Of a stretch of 64,000 bases of DNA, positions 37,701-49,204 are shown in pieces. The position numbers and the translations under genes were made by a program. Source of the DNA: Lingula anatina (Eukaryota > Animalia > Brachiopoda); assembly GCA_051362555.1 (NCBI GenBank), contig CM120640.1:37839967-37903966 (forward strand), in the 5' to 3' direction. Under the pieces are notes generated by a model. It searched no databases. It saw only the letters and a program-made list of their open reading frames with translations, and had not been told where the DNA came from. Each line of letters opens with the position of its first letter. Position 1 is the first letter of the stretch.

Positions 37701-40700
37701 CAATTGGATAACAAATTGACAAAAAAGTGGTGATTTGGCTAAGTGAAAAAAATTGCTAGCGCTACCCCAGCACTGTAATATCAACTATAATATGATATTG
37801 TTACAGAATTTCCAAAAACCACACCCATCTTTTAACACAGTGACTTTGGATTCACCCTCTAGACACAAAATCTAGTCTAAATGGTATCATTTCAGTTTGT
37901 GCGGAGGATTTATAAAGGAATCCCACAAAAGCTGAGGGGAGAAATGTGGTGTAGGCTGCTGAACGTACATGCCCTGAAGAAAGAACAACCAGGAGTCTAT
38001 GAGGTAAGTGAATTCTTTTACTAAAAAAAAATGTTCAGACACACCCTCCAGTCTGTTTGAATCGATTTATATTTCCAGCAACAAAGAGTGAATTATGGGT
38101 GTGGAATACTCCCTAAAAGGGAAGTTGATTGTTATCCCTTATCCGTTTTCCTCTAATTGCAAGTCATATTATACCTATCAGTTATAAAACTTACTTTTTT
38201 GGAGTGTTCCCTCATGTTTTTGGATCCTGGCAGAAGATTTATATTCAGCTCAGCTCTTTTCTGGGTTCTGAATATCAAAAGCCTTCTCTTTGTTATTTTA
38301 TATGTAAAGTTGATAAAAATATCCATACTAGTATTTATATTTAATTTCAATTTGAAGAATTTAGTTGTTTGCATACTTAAACTTGGTTTGACACATTATC
38401 ATCGATTCTACTTTTACAGAAAATGAAGGAAAGGGCTCGAAAAAGGTCTCCAGATATCCGCCAGATAGATTTGGATGTAAACAGAACTTACAGGAACCAT
38501 ATCATGTTCAGGGAGCGCTATGGAGTAAAGTAAGCAATATGTTGGGGAATATAGATGAACCAGAAATATACATTTGACACTTGTATTGTTATACAGACTG
38601 TGTTGATTGAGCATAATGAAAGTATGCTTTAATTTATCCTAGATAACAATAAATTAATGAAGTTTTATAAACCTAATTATTAGGTTCTGCTATTAGGCTG
38701 AGAAAGTTATTTTTTTCAGGAGGCACTTATGACACTTTGATCACTTATAGTATTTTTCAAAATAAACCCACATTCTTGATAGATAATGCTTTGAAAAAAG
38801 AGAGAGAGATTTTTGTTCTTTGTCTTGTAGGCAACAGGCTTTATTCCATGTGTTAGCTGCATACTCCACTTACAACACTGAAGTCGGATACTGCCAGGGG
38901 ATGAGCCAAATAGCTGCACTTTTACTGATGTACTTAAATGAAGAGGTTGGTTGTGGATATATATGTGCACACCCAAACATGCATAAACACACACACACAC
39001 ACACACACCTGTGTTGTAAGACAAATTATTCTTTAACTAATCCTGTTATTACTAGATTAACAATGCTGTTGTGAAGATTAAATGACTAAAGACTATGTCA
39101 AAAGAATATGGGCAACAGAATCTATTTAATAGAGTATTTTGCACCAATAAACTGACTGCTATGCCTTTGAAATGCTAATACAGATTGTACTTTATGAAGT
39201 TTACACATGCTCCTTGGCCCTTGGATACATTAAGTTTTTCCACAAATAAATTTCAGCCTTACAAAATAATTAAATTAACTGTTGGATTAATGGTGTGAAA
39301 GTTTTTGAAAGAAGAAAAGTTCCAAGAGTTAATCTTTATATTTCAGGATGCCTTTTGGGGTCTTTCAGCTCTGTTAACTGATAGAAAACATGGCATGCAT
39401 GGTAAGGAAAAACTCTTATTATTGTTTACATTTCCCCGAATAACAGATATAATAAGTGATATGGAAAAAAAATTATGAGAAAAAAGATCCACACTATTCA
39501 ATTGGATCCTCACTCCATAGGTGGATGGTTTTAATGTTAAAGGTAGTCCTCAGTGATTTATACTTGCCCAAATTCATTAGCTTATTTTTTTTCCTAGGTA
39601 TTTTTATTCCTGGTTTTCCGAAGTTGAAAAGATTCCAAGATCATCATGACAAGATATTGTCAAAATATCTTCCAAAGGTCAAGAAACATCTGGTAAGAGA
39701 CACATCTATGGTAAACCAATGCTACTTCATAGATAAGTTGCAACATTTCAAACGCTTAATGGATCCTACCTTGTTGATTTATAAAATTGCACATGTTCAC
39801 AAGACGTGAGCCTAAAATCTTTATATTTTCAGGACCGGAATGATCTCTATGTCTCTCTCTACACCATCAAGTGGTATATGCAGTGCTTCCTTGACAGAGT
39901 AAGTTTTCTTTGATTGTTTTTATACATTGTTTTCTTTGCTTCTTCTGCTTCTCCCAATATTGAAACAATAACTACCACTTTCAGTGATGGTTTCATTCAT
40001 TAAGTTTGGCATTTCTAACACAAATACACTGAAATATTTAAAGACATAAGAAAATGTATTAAAATTATATATATTAAAGGTGCCAACACACCAGAAATAC
40101 TAGAAATCAAAGGCAGATTTTCACCAATATTTTTTTAAAAGCAATAAAGATGTGTGTCAAATGCGAAGTTAAATTTTAGGTCACACGCATTAATCTTCGG
40201 AGCCCTTATGCTATTTTCTTTTTAATTTATAAATACAGTAAATTACCCACTTCAGTGTAAAAGTATTTTTTATGAATTTGTATTGAAAGAAAATTTATAT
40301 TGACCTAAAGGTGGCATATTTATATGATTTGACTTTGTGCTTTCAGGTTCCTTTTACACTAGTGCTGCGTTTATGGGATGCATACATCTTTGATGGAGAA
40401 CGGGTTCTTGTAGCCATGTCATACTGTTTGCTGAAGATCCACAAAAGTAAGTGCTGCCTTATAAGATCAGTAATGAGTTGGAAGTGATTCACTGTGAAAT
40501 ATGGGGAAAAGATTCAGTTCATAAGCAAGTAACTTCAAGTGCATTATGCACCACATATTCAGTTCACAATTCAAATTTTGAAGTTTTGAATAAGAAATTT
40601 GTTTATGATACCGGCATAACTTTTTACTTATCAGAGCAGATGGTATGAATGTGTTTCTGTTATCTTTTCAATCAGGAAGAATCTTAAAGATGAAGATGGA

Positions 40701-42117
40701 AGACTTAGTGCAATTCTTTCAAGGAAGTTTAGAGAAAGAATTTGGCTTTGATGATGACATTGTGATGGAAAATTTGCAAATATGTATGGAGGAATTGAGA
40801 AGAGCCAACATGGACCTTCCGCCCAAACCTAAAGACAATTCTGAGCTTCCAAAACTACCGTTTGGGCTGGACATTAAACCCAGTGTGGACCAAATCATAG
40901 GCAGACGTGACTCTCAGGACCACAGAGCAGACGTCATCACCAACGCGGACAGGAAACTGGAGGGAAGTGTCAGAATGAAGAGATTTCAGAAACACAAACT
41001 GGCAGCTGCTAGCCGAGAGAGCTCGGTTCCCCCTGATGACGACACACGCTCAGATTACACCATGACAGCATCACGTGCCTCGCTGGCAGAGGGCTTCACG
41101 TCCAGGGCCTCCATGGCAAACACTTCACGCACATCGTATTATGATGGTTCTGACATCGATTGGGAGAGTCAAGATCACGATGACACTTTCACTGATTACT
41201 CACCAAACCAACCCAATGGGGACATTGGGTTTATTTCGGGAGAGGGGTCAGGGCAGGATGGACAGAGGTCACAGTCACGAAGTCCAGAGGACCAGTCCTT
41301 TCAGACTGCACTCACGGTCCAAGTGGTCAAGCAGCATAGTCATGTTGTCCAGCAGGTTGACCCTGTATCTTCTCATTCATCTCACAGTCAGGGATATATG
41401 TATGATCACTACCATTCTCCTTCACCACCTCTCGCATCTCCAAATGATGGCGGTCGAACAGAGCTCCCGGTCAGTCATACCAAGACCCCTTCTGACTATG
41501 ATAATCAACCCTCTGGAGGGAGTTCTCCACAAGCAGGAACATACATCCATGTTGGATATCCTGTGAAGAAACAGTCTCCAAATGGAGATAATTCTTACAC
41601 CACAGACATTATGAAAAAGGAGTTTCGGTCTGAGTATAAAATTGAACGTAAACCGTCAAACTCTTGGGAGCGACCGGTATCTTGGCACCCTGCCAGCATG
41701 CCACGGTCCTCATCAACATCGTATCGAGAACAGGAAAATGTTCAGCACACCAAGATCATCAACCAGAAGATTGAGTACAGGGCTTCCATGTCTTCTGGGT
41801 ACGACAGTTACAACAACACTTACGAAGATGAAATGGAGCGATCACTGGAGAGTCTGGGGGTTATAGACAACAGTCCTAATGGCAATCCATGGGAAAATGA
41901 TGTTATACAGTATAAACAGGGAGTAGCGGTGATAAAACTGAATGGCCATGGTGAGTCGCCAGGCAGGCGGCGGCACCAGGAAAGTAAGGAAAGGAGAGGG
42001 GAAATGTCACCTAGAGCCAGAAGTTCAAGGTCACCAACCTCTCCCAAGAAACCACCAATCTCACCGAAACGTGGACAGCCAAAATACAAGGAAAACCAAC
42101 ATCCAGTGTATATATGA
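28718..42117 (+). CDS. USP6NL: USP6 N-terminal-like / RN-tre TBC-domain Rab GTPase-activating protein
   Basis: Exons 28718-28745 (probable first), ~30772-30846 ([14 protein letters not shown]), 33232-33317 ([13 protein letters not shown]...VTDRYGFIH), 36041-36083, 36198-36278 (KWLKM), 37896-38003 (RRIYKGIP), 38420-38529 ([11 protein letters not shown], Arg finger), 38831-38945 (VGYCQGMS, Gln finger), 39347-39401, 39598-39691, 39833-39898, 40347-40446 (LRLWD), 40677-42117 (long Ser/Pro-rich tail). Confidence 0.93.
31407..32181 (+). repeat. Two diverged ~100-bp direct repeats (31407-31510 and 32078-32181)
   Basis: CTAGGCTYAAAAAWTGAAGTCT...ATATAACCTTTT...GTAGCMATTTCA...CAGAAG occurs twice, about 670 bp apart, in a USP6NL intron. 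Confidence 0.8.
35622..35893. mobile_element. MITE with a 3-bp target-site duplication (PIF/Harbinger-like)
   Basis: Terminal inverted repeats GACACCATTCAGA / TCTGAATGGCATC, ATA on both flanks, and the subterminal GACTAACAGATCCNCGG shared with 47414-47600. Confidence 0.75.
37593..37775. mobile_element. MITE (hAT-like ends)
   Basis: 19-bp terminal inverted repeats CACTGCTGGGGTAGCGCTA / TAGCGCTACCCCAGCACTG (1 mismatch), flanks TAGTATC / TAATATC, and internal TTAGCCAAA / TTTGGCTAA motifs. Confidence 0.8.
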
Positions 42118-44422
42118 AAGTGGTGTGAGAGCAACTTTCCTATTATGCAGAAACATTTTATTGGTACAGATATACTGATTAAGAGGTATATTTGATTTTT
42201 TTAACAGTTAAACCTTAAGAAGATCTTTCAACTAATTTTAATGACTAATTTGTAATCTTTTTAACACCCAAAATGTAGTGTCTGATAAAGTTTACATGGA
42301 TATGTAACATTTGAATGCTACAGCAATGTTTTATCTTACCATATGGTCTTTCCCAAGTTTGAAATCTTCAGGTGATGAATTTAGATGAGTGCAATGTGTC
42401 ACATTTTTTCCTTGCCAGATAATTTATAACAATGGAAAATTCTAATGATAACACTTTTGACGGGACAGGAGGGGCATCATATAAAATTAAGGAAAATGCA
42501 AACTGGTCTTTGTAATAAGTGGTTAGAAAATTTGTTGGTTTTCACTGATATATGTGTGTTTTAGTCGAAGAAGGTTGGTGTTTAATGTATTCATTTAAAA
42601 AGAAATTGTAAATAAATAATAATTGTACTTACATGTACATAGTGCTTAAATAACAAGATAATAGGCACACCAATAATGCATTTTAAATTCAGATTTTGTT
42701 AACTGCTGAAATATTGTAGATATTTGCTGTGTAATTTATGATGGTTGTTAGTATTCTTATTGAGTCACGTGTTTACTATGACAGTGTAAGTCTTACGCCA
42801 GTGAATGTTGTATGGCCAGATGTATTCAAAACTAAATGAAAAATTTAACACTGCCATGAAAAAAAAACTGACTTGATGTACAATAACATTCATTTTCTGA
42901 AATATGATTACTAGTGATGTGGCTATGTGGGGGTTATTAGAGCAGTATGTCGTACTGAGCGCCCTTAATTATGTACATTTTAAAAAGATACAATTTTATT
43001 CAGTCAATTAACACTAAAAGAAAATATTAATTTCAGGTTTTAGCATGTTATGAATGAGGCAATATTACCTTATGATATTTTTCTTTGTTAATTTAAACAA
43101 GTGGTCTTTGCATAAACCACCATTATACACAAAAAAAGAGAAAATTTTTAGATACAACAATTGTGTAATATCATGTAAAACTGATGCTTTGGGGAGGAGG
43201 AACTTGTACAGTAGAAATTGAGCATTTGAATCCTTTTGGTAGTTGCAGTTTCTTTGCTTTTCTCTGCAAACCTTATTTGCCCCCTGTTGTTTAATGGGAA
43301 GTGTCATCAGAGTGAATTGTCACTTGCTGGATGACAGGTCTTAATAAATTAATAATTCTGCTCAACACTTTCACAGGGCGTTTTTCCCCTGCGGATAATT
43401 AGTGCTGATAGAGAGTGAGATTAAGGGCTTCAAGCTGTTGTTTTACTGGCTTTACCAATCAAAAGTATTACCAAGGATGTGACATATTTTTAATGTCCAA
43501 CTAGAAGATGGGGTGACATGGTCAGCTACTGCTGATTGCCCTGCTACAAACTAAAAGTGCAAATACTCTGCTTCTCTTTGCCTGCAAGATATTTACCACC
43601 TAGGTAATAAATAAAGGATAAATAACCAATATAAGGTCTTTTTATTCTTAATTGTAATTTGATGTATCTGGTTTATAAAATAACCATCTGTATATACATG
43701 ATTCTAAAACATTTCAATATGTGGCAATGCATCTTCAATCTTTTAGTATCATATACTTCATGTTTCGAATGTCTATTCGTGTTTGTTCACAGTTGCATTA
43801 AACTGTGTTAAAATAATATTTATCAGGATGGAAGATCACTTAATGCAATGAGCCCCATGAATACCCACTGAGCAGTCAACAACCTTCCAAGTTGTGAGGC
43901 CAACTTGATAAAAAGTTTGGGGTCTGTTTAATTATAAAACTTGAGACTGAAAATTTACCTCACTTTAAAGACCACTTTGACTCAAATCAATAGTTGTGTG
44001 CTTCAACAAAATATTGAATCTATTCTATAAAAAGAATCAATTGGCTGTTTTTAAAACCAACAGTTAATTGTTTTAGTCGACTACCGCTGATTTTTCCTGA
44101 AATGAAGTTGACTTTTGAATTCAATTCTTTTGTGAAACCAGCCTATGGAATGACAGATTCATAGATGTCACCATAAAGCAACAAGGTCTCATCTCCAGCT
44201 CTGCCCTGCTCTCCAACCTTGTCTTAACCATGTCAATTGTCAAGAAGATGAATATAATCATCCTTTACCAAAGACAATAATAGCTGAATTTTGCTGTGAA
44301 ATTCTTTGTATGTTAATAAATTAGATGGTAAATTGGAAGTTTTCAAAAACTGAAACTTCATATGAGTATCAGCTGTGGGGCAGATATACTTAATATAATT
44401 TGACAAATGTGCTTATCTGACA

Positions 44423-47400
44423 TCAGACATCAAATTTTTCCTCGCATATTTCCTGTCCGTGTTCTTCAAACTCTGCCTTTGTTACCACCATTTTCTTGAA
44501 CTGAGGATCTTGTGCCAGTGCTGCACCACCCTCCCAGCTGAATGTAATGGGACTGAAAAAAGTTGAAAAGAGAACCTTTCATACTTTAGGAAAATGTAGC
44601 TGAATACATAATACAAACCTTGTTTACATCTAGTCAAATCATTGTGAAAACACAAATTTATTGTCGATACAAGGACAGCACAAGTAAATTTTCTTCTAAT
44701 AGGTGAGAGGCACCTAGCTTGCAATATATTTGTAAAGACAATTGAATGAGACTAACTTGTTTGGTTGAGTGACATTCACTTCATAATCAGCTGGTGTTAA
44801 TGATCGTACATCTTGGTACCTGTAAATGATATGAACGCATGAAATTTCTGTTATTTTCAATTTCACAAATAAGAAAAAAAACTAATTCTTTCATTCTAAA
44901 CCTTATTTCATTCTAAATCATTTTTATAAAAAAATACTTTATAATATTACTTTAATTTAATACACCATCAAAAAGAAGATTTTATATCTAAAATTATTTA
45001 CACTCTGTCTTTGAATCCTGGAAGCATGCAGTTTCCTCCTGTCAGCACAATGTTCCGGAGTAAATGTGGCTGCATCTCTGAAAAAATAAGAAAAAAAAGT
45101 AAAACATCCATCTATCATTGATATTTAGATGCATTTTTCATTTTGAAACATGCAAAGAAGACAAAAACAATTATTTCCACCTAGTTGTTAGAACTTATTT
45201 ATAGTATTGAATAATTCTGCATATACAGATATACTGAATAATTATCAAACCTCTCCTTATCATAAACTTGCCTTCAGGTGCTAACTTGACCACATAGCTT
45301 ATTGCCTCAGATATTCCCATTTCCTGAATACCAACATCAGATGGGTGGAAGAGTATCTCTGGTACAGCAAACCTTTCATTGTTCATCCGTATTATCTGAA
45401 ATCACACAAGATATAAAATACACCAATTGTCAATATTACAGCTACAAATCTAAGTTTTTACGTTAATGCTATCTAGAAAATCTCACTAAAACATTCAATA
45501 TTCTAAATGATCCATATTCAGTAAAGCAAATTAGACCAATTCTTATTTACACTTATTTTTCTTCTAAAAACTAACCTGCTCTGATCCCTTTGCCTTCCCA
45601 GTGCTCTCTTCTCTAGTTTTAGCATAGCCTCTTTTTATGTGTGTGTAATCTGGCAGAACGTAATCACATGTGACAGTGTTATCAGCCCCCTTTTTCCTGC
45701 AAGTATTATTTCAGGCAAGCTTTTTCAATTATATGAAAATTTTATCATCTACATACAAAAACGGTTGAGAAATGCATTTAGACCTACTGTGTAGCATGTA
45801 AAATTAAATTTCAGCCCTCTCATATAAAAAAACATTTAAACAATTATCATGGTTCACGATACTTTCCAGTAAAAAATTGATCTAATCACTTGTTTTTATA
45901 ATGTTTTTGTTGAAAAAGAGGAAGGGACTGGCAATGGTATTTCCTTAGCAGCTATACATATTTTCATTCTATGAATTATTCCCATCTGAATCTTGTTGAA
46001 AATGAAAAAGGAAATGCTAAGCTGACCTTGCTATATCCATATCCTTTTGAAATTGTGTTGACACATAGCAAACATCTTCCTTCATCTGGTTGATGACATA
46101 TGTCTCATCCATTACCATGAGTTGCCTATATTAGGAACAAATTGTGGTTCATAAAATTAAAATTAAAATTTTTGTTCTACTTCTAATCATATCAGCCTTT
46201 ACCACACTTACAACGACCTAAAAAATTCACCTTACCTGTATGATATAATTTCCTTCAGGTGATTTGTTAATATTTTTCCACCAACATTTGTCCTGCAACA
46301 AAAAACACAAGAGTAAATAATGTACCCAGTCATTATCAGAATCAATCCGTATCATAAGTTTTACATGTATTTAGGCACTCACTTAAATCTTCACAAAATA
46401 TGTCATAGAGTTCATAGATGCACAAAGATGTCTTTATGTAAATATTCTTATATGCAAATTAAACCAAGTAAAGGATTGACTTCTATTGTACAAAACCTAC
46501 CTTTTTGTTGCACTTTTTATTTTTTTCCCATTGTGATATGGAACTATGTGACTAAATGAATATCCTGAGTCGACCACCAGACTGCAGAGATGTTTCTCAG
46601 AAAGACTCTTTTGGTGTTTGTACTGACTTAAAAAAGCAGCTAAAATAGCAAACAAACATCAGCTTTAACAATTTTTCACTTTTTAGGGCATGTAAGTTTT
46701 AATTACAACAATATGTCAAAGGTTAAACTGTCAATTCATTAAAATTTCTCTATAAATCTTTGACTTCGAGAAAGATAAGCTTGAAACACTACTCACGATT
46801 AGTTCTGTAAATATACTGAAACCCATATTCTTCAAAGAAAATTTCATTGAGAGATTCTTGAATGGAGGCAAAGTTGAAATATGGCTCAGTAAAAATAAGG
46901 CCTGTGTTATCAAAATCAACCTGAAATAAATATATTGCAAAATTAATTTATATAATATGAAATTTCAATCTATCACTATACATAATTAACTTTGTACAAT
47001 GTGCTGAAACAAACATGGAGTGCATTTTTTTAAAACTTATTATTACTATTATTATTATTATTATTAAATAATACTTAGTGCCAAATGTGAAGAAAAACAG
47101 ACCTTCCGTGCAAAAACCAAAATGCAAGGTAAAATTTAAATACTATCAAACATCTATTTTAATGAGCAAAGTCTAGGGATACAAAAAATTAATTCTGTAA
47201 AATACAGATCGAAACAAAATTACTGCAATGAAAAATAGTTACCTTCATACACTCCTTGCCAAACACATGATCCCAGATTTGATGCTCTACCTCCCAGTTA
47301 ACCAAGTAACCCTGTAATTGGTAAAAACAAACAAAAACAGCAACTTAATTTGGATATAACTCTGTTTTCTCTCAAGGATAATTTTTATTTCATAAGACAT

Positions 47401-48025
47401 AAGAACAGTTAGAGAGTGCATTCTCAACAGGGGACTAACAGATCCTCGGATCAAATATGGCCAACCCACCTGAATGCTTGTTATCCATGCAGGGAATATA
47501 TTCAGTGTCTAATTGGGAATAAGCAGCAAGCTTTGTAATGGTTCGCCATATAAAATTATTTGATCCGCGGATCTGTTGGTCGGCTGTTCTGAATGCGCTC
47601 TGAGTATAACAGTATAAGCACAGTATAACGATTTCAGTGAACCACACTGAGATGATAATACCTGTTGTCAGCTAAAAAAAAATCTTTCCGAACATTTCAA
47701 CTCTATATAAAGATGTAAAACATGGTAGGTATACAGTACCTTTTGTGATGGTAGAATATAGAAAAGACCTGACAAGTCTTTGCAGTCTTCAATTTGATCC
47801 CCAATGAATATCCTTGTCCTTACATTCCTTGCTTTTGTAATGCAGTTTGGTATGATTCTATAAAGTATAAAAGCATTCACATAGAGAAAAAAATATATAG
47901 TATGAAGAATCAAGTAACATGCTAAAGAGAAAAGTTTGAGGATTATTATACAGCTAGCATTATTTATTCCATCTGCCTTATTTTTCCCTTTCCCCGCCAA
48001 CATAAAAAGATAGAATAATTACTGC

Positions 48026-48060
<35 letters not shown>

Positions 48061-48722
48061 ATTCTTTTTATGAAACATTCCATAAAAATATAAATGTGGT
48101 TTACTGAATATATCTGACGTTTTTCAAAACACTGATAATAAAACAATAAAATGACACTGACAATAAAAAAGAACACAAATAAAACTTTTTAAACAGCAAT
48201 ATTACATTGCAGGTTTGAAAATAGCATTTTTTAGAAAATCCTCACACTTCGTAAAAATCTTGAATAAAAGACGTGTTTCGATCCAGTTAAGTTTTAAAAG
48301 AGTCGGTAATTTTTTCTTGTACTTCTCGTTTATGGCAGATTATTCCGACTCGCCAGAACATGTGCACCTGGGGGGGGGGGGGGGGGGGGGGGTTAACTCA
48401 AAATAATTTAAACAACTCTTTAACGTTATGGCCAGGCTTTTAAGATCGTCTTTCAAAGTGGGGCGTAACAGAAAATGTACCGCGCATAATGCCATAAAGA
48501 AAATCCCTTCAGTGCCAGTGCGGCAGTGGCTTAGAAACTCTGGGCAAACAACTCTATATGTCTTTGGTCTATCTCGTCATACAGCACATTTATATACATA
48601 GTAATATACATATAACACAGCAACCCTTTAAAACTCTCATTATTGACTTACTTTGGAGAAACTGCAGTGGAATACCCCACTTTGGCGCTGTACGCGCCGT
48701 TGTCCATGACAAGCACCGCCAT
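44423..48722 (-). CDS. ACTR6: Actin-related protein 6 (SWR1/SRCAP H2A.Z-exchange subunit), 12 coding exons
   Basis: MAVLVMDNGAYSAKVG (48652-48722), IIPNC, [113 protein letters not shown], then TGA at 44423-44425. Confidence 0.96.
45078..45271 (-). other. GC-AG intron in ACTR6
   Basis: Donor GAAG|GCAAGT and acceptor TTTTTCAG|AG join APE-E-MQPHL in frame. Confidence 0.85.
47414..47600. mobile_element. MITE of the same family as 35622-35893, in an ACTR6 intron
   Basis: Imperfect ~45-bp inverted ends GAGTGCATTC...GACTAACAGATCCTCGGATCAAATA / TATTTGATCCGCGGATCTGTTGGTC...GAATGCGCTC, with flanks AGA / TGA. Confidence 0.8.
48025..48058. repeat. (TAA)n microsatellite
   Basis: About 11 tandem TAA units. 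Confidence 0.95.
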
Positions 48723-49029
48723 GCTTGTTGCTGTTAGTGGATAATTAATGACGTAAACAACAGAATCATTCTTTATTCATAATTTCCAAATCAGTGGTGT
48801 ATAACTGTAAAGGTATGTAATTTTCACATTACTTTACTCACTAAAATGTTAATATTAAAGGCTCAATATTTGGACATTGATATAATTGCTTGTCGTAAAA
48901 GTACATTTCTTTTTGCGTCACTTCCTGTGATTAGTTGCCAGGCTCTTTGTACACAATAATGGCAGGCACCTGTTCGGTAGCTACTGATTAAATTACAGTA
49001 AATTGCTGCTCGTTGCGCAGTTATAAATT
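48723..49029. promoter_or_regulatory. Putative bidirectional promoter for ACTR6 and the F-box gene, with a non-coding first exon (donor at ~49030)
   Basis: CpG-containing spacer with TGCGTCACTTCCTG at 48914-48927 (ETS plus CRE-like half-site) and TGACGTAAACAA at ~48749; donor GTAAGT at 49030 and acceptor TTACAG at 49147. Confidence 0.55.
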
Positions 49030-49204
49030 GTAAGTAAAGGGTTTTACCGTTTCTTAGACTATATTTATTGTTAAAAAATTGTAAAACCGCGTAGTATCTA
49101 CGCAAAAAGGAGCTAACAGTAAACTTTGTTATAAATCTCGGTTACAGGTGCCAGGCTTCAGTGAAAGCCAACACGATGTAATTTAGTGGTGAAGACAAGC
49201 CAAT

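Noticed and set aside
41075-42178. Overlapping alternative-frame and antisense ORFs in the last USP6NL exon
   Set aside because: Expected in a long GC-richer coding exon; no independent coding signal.
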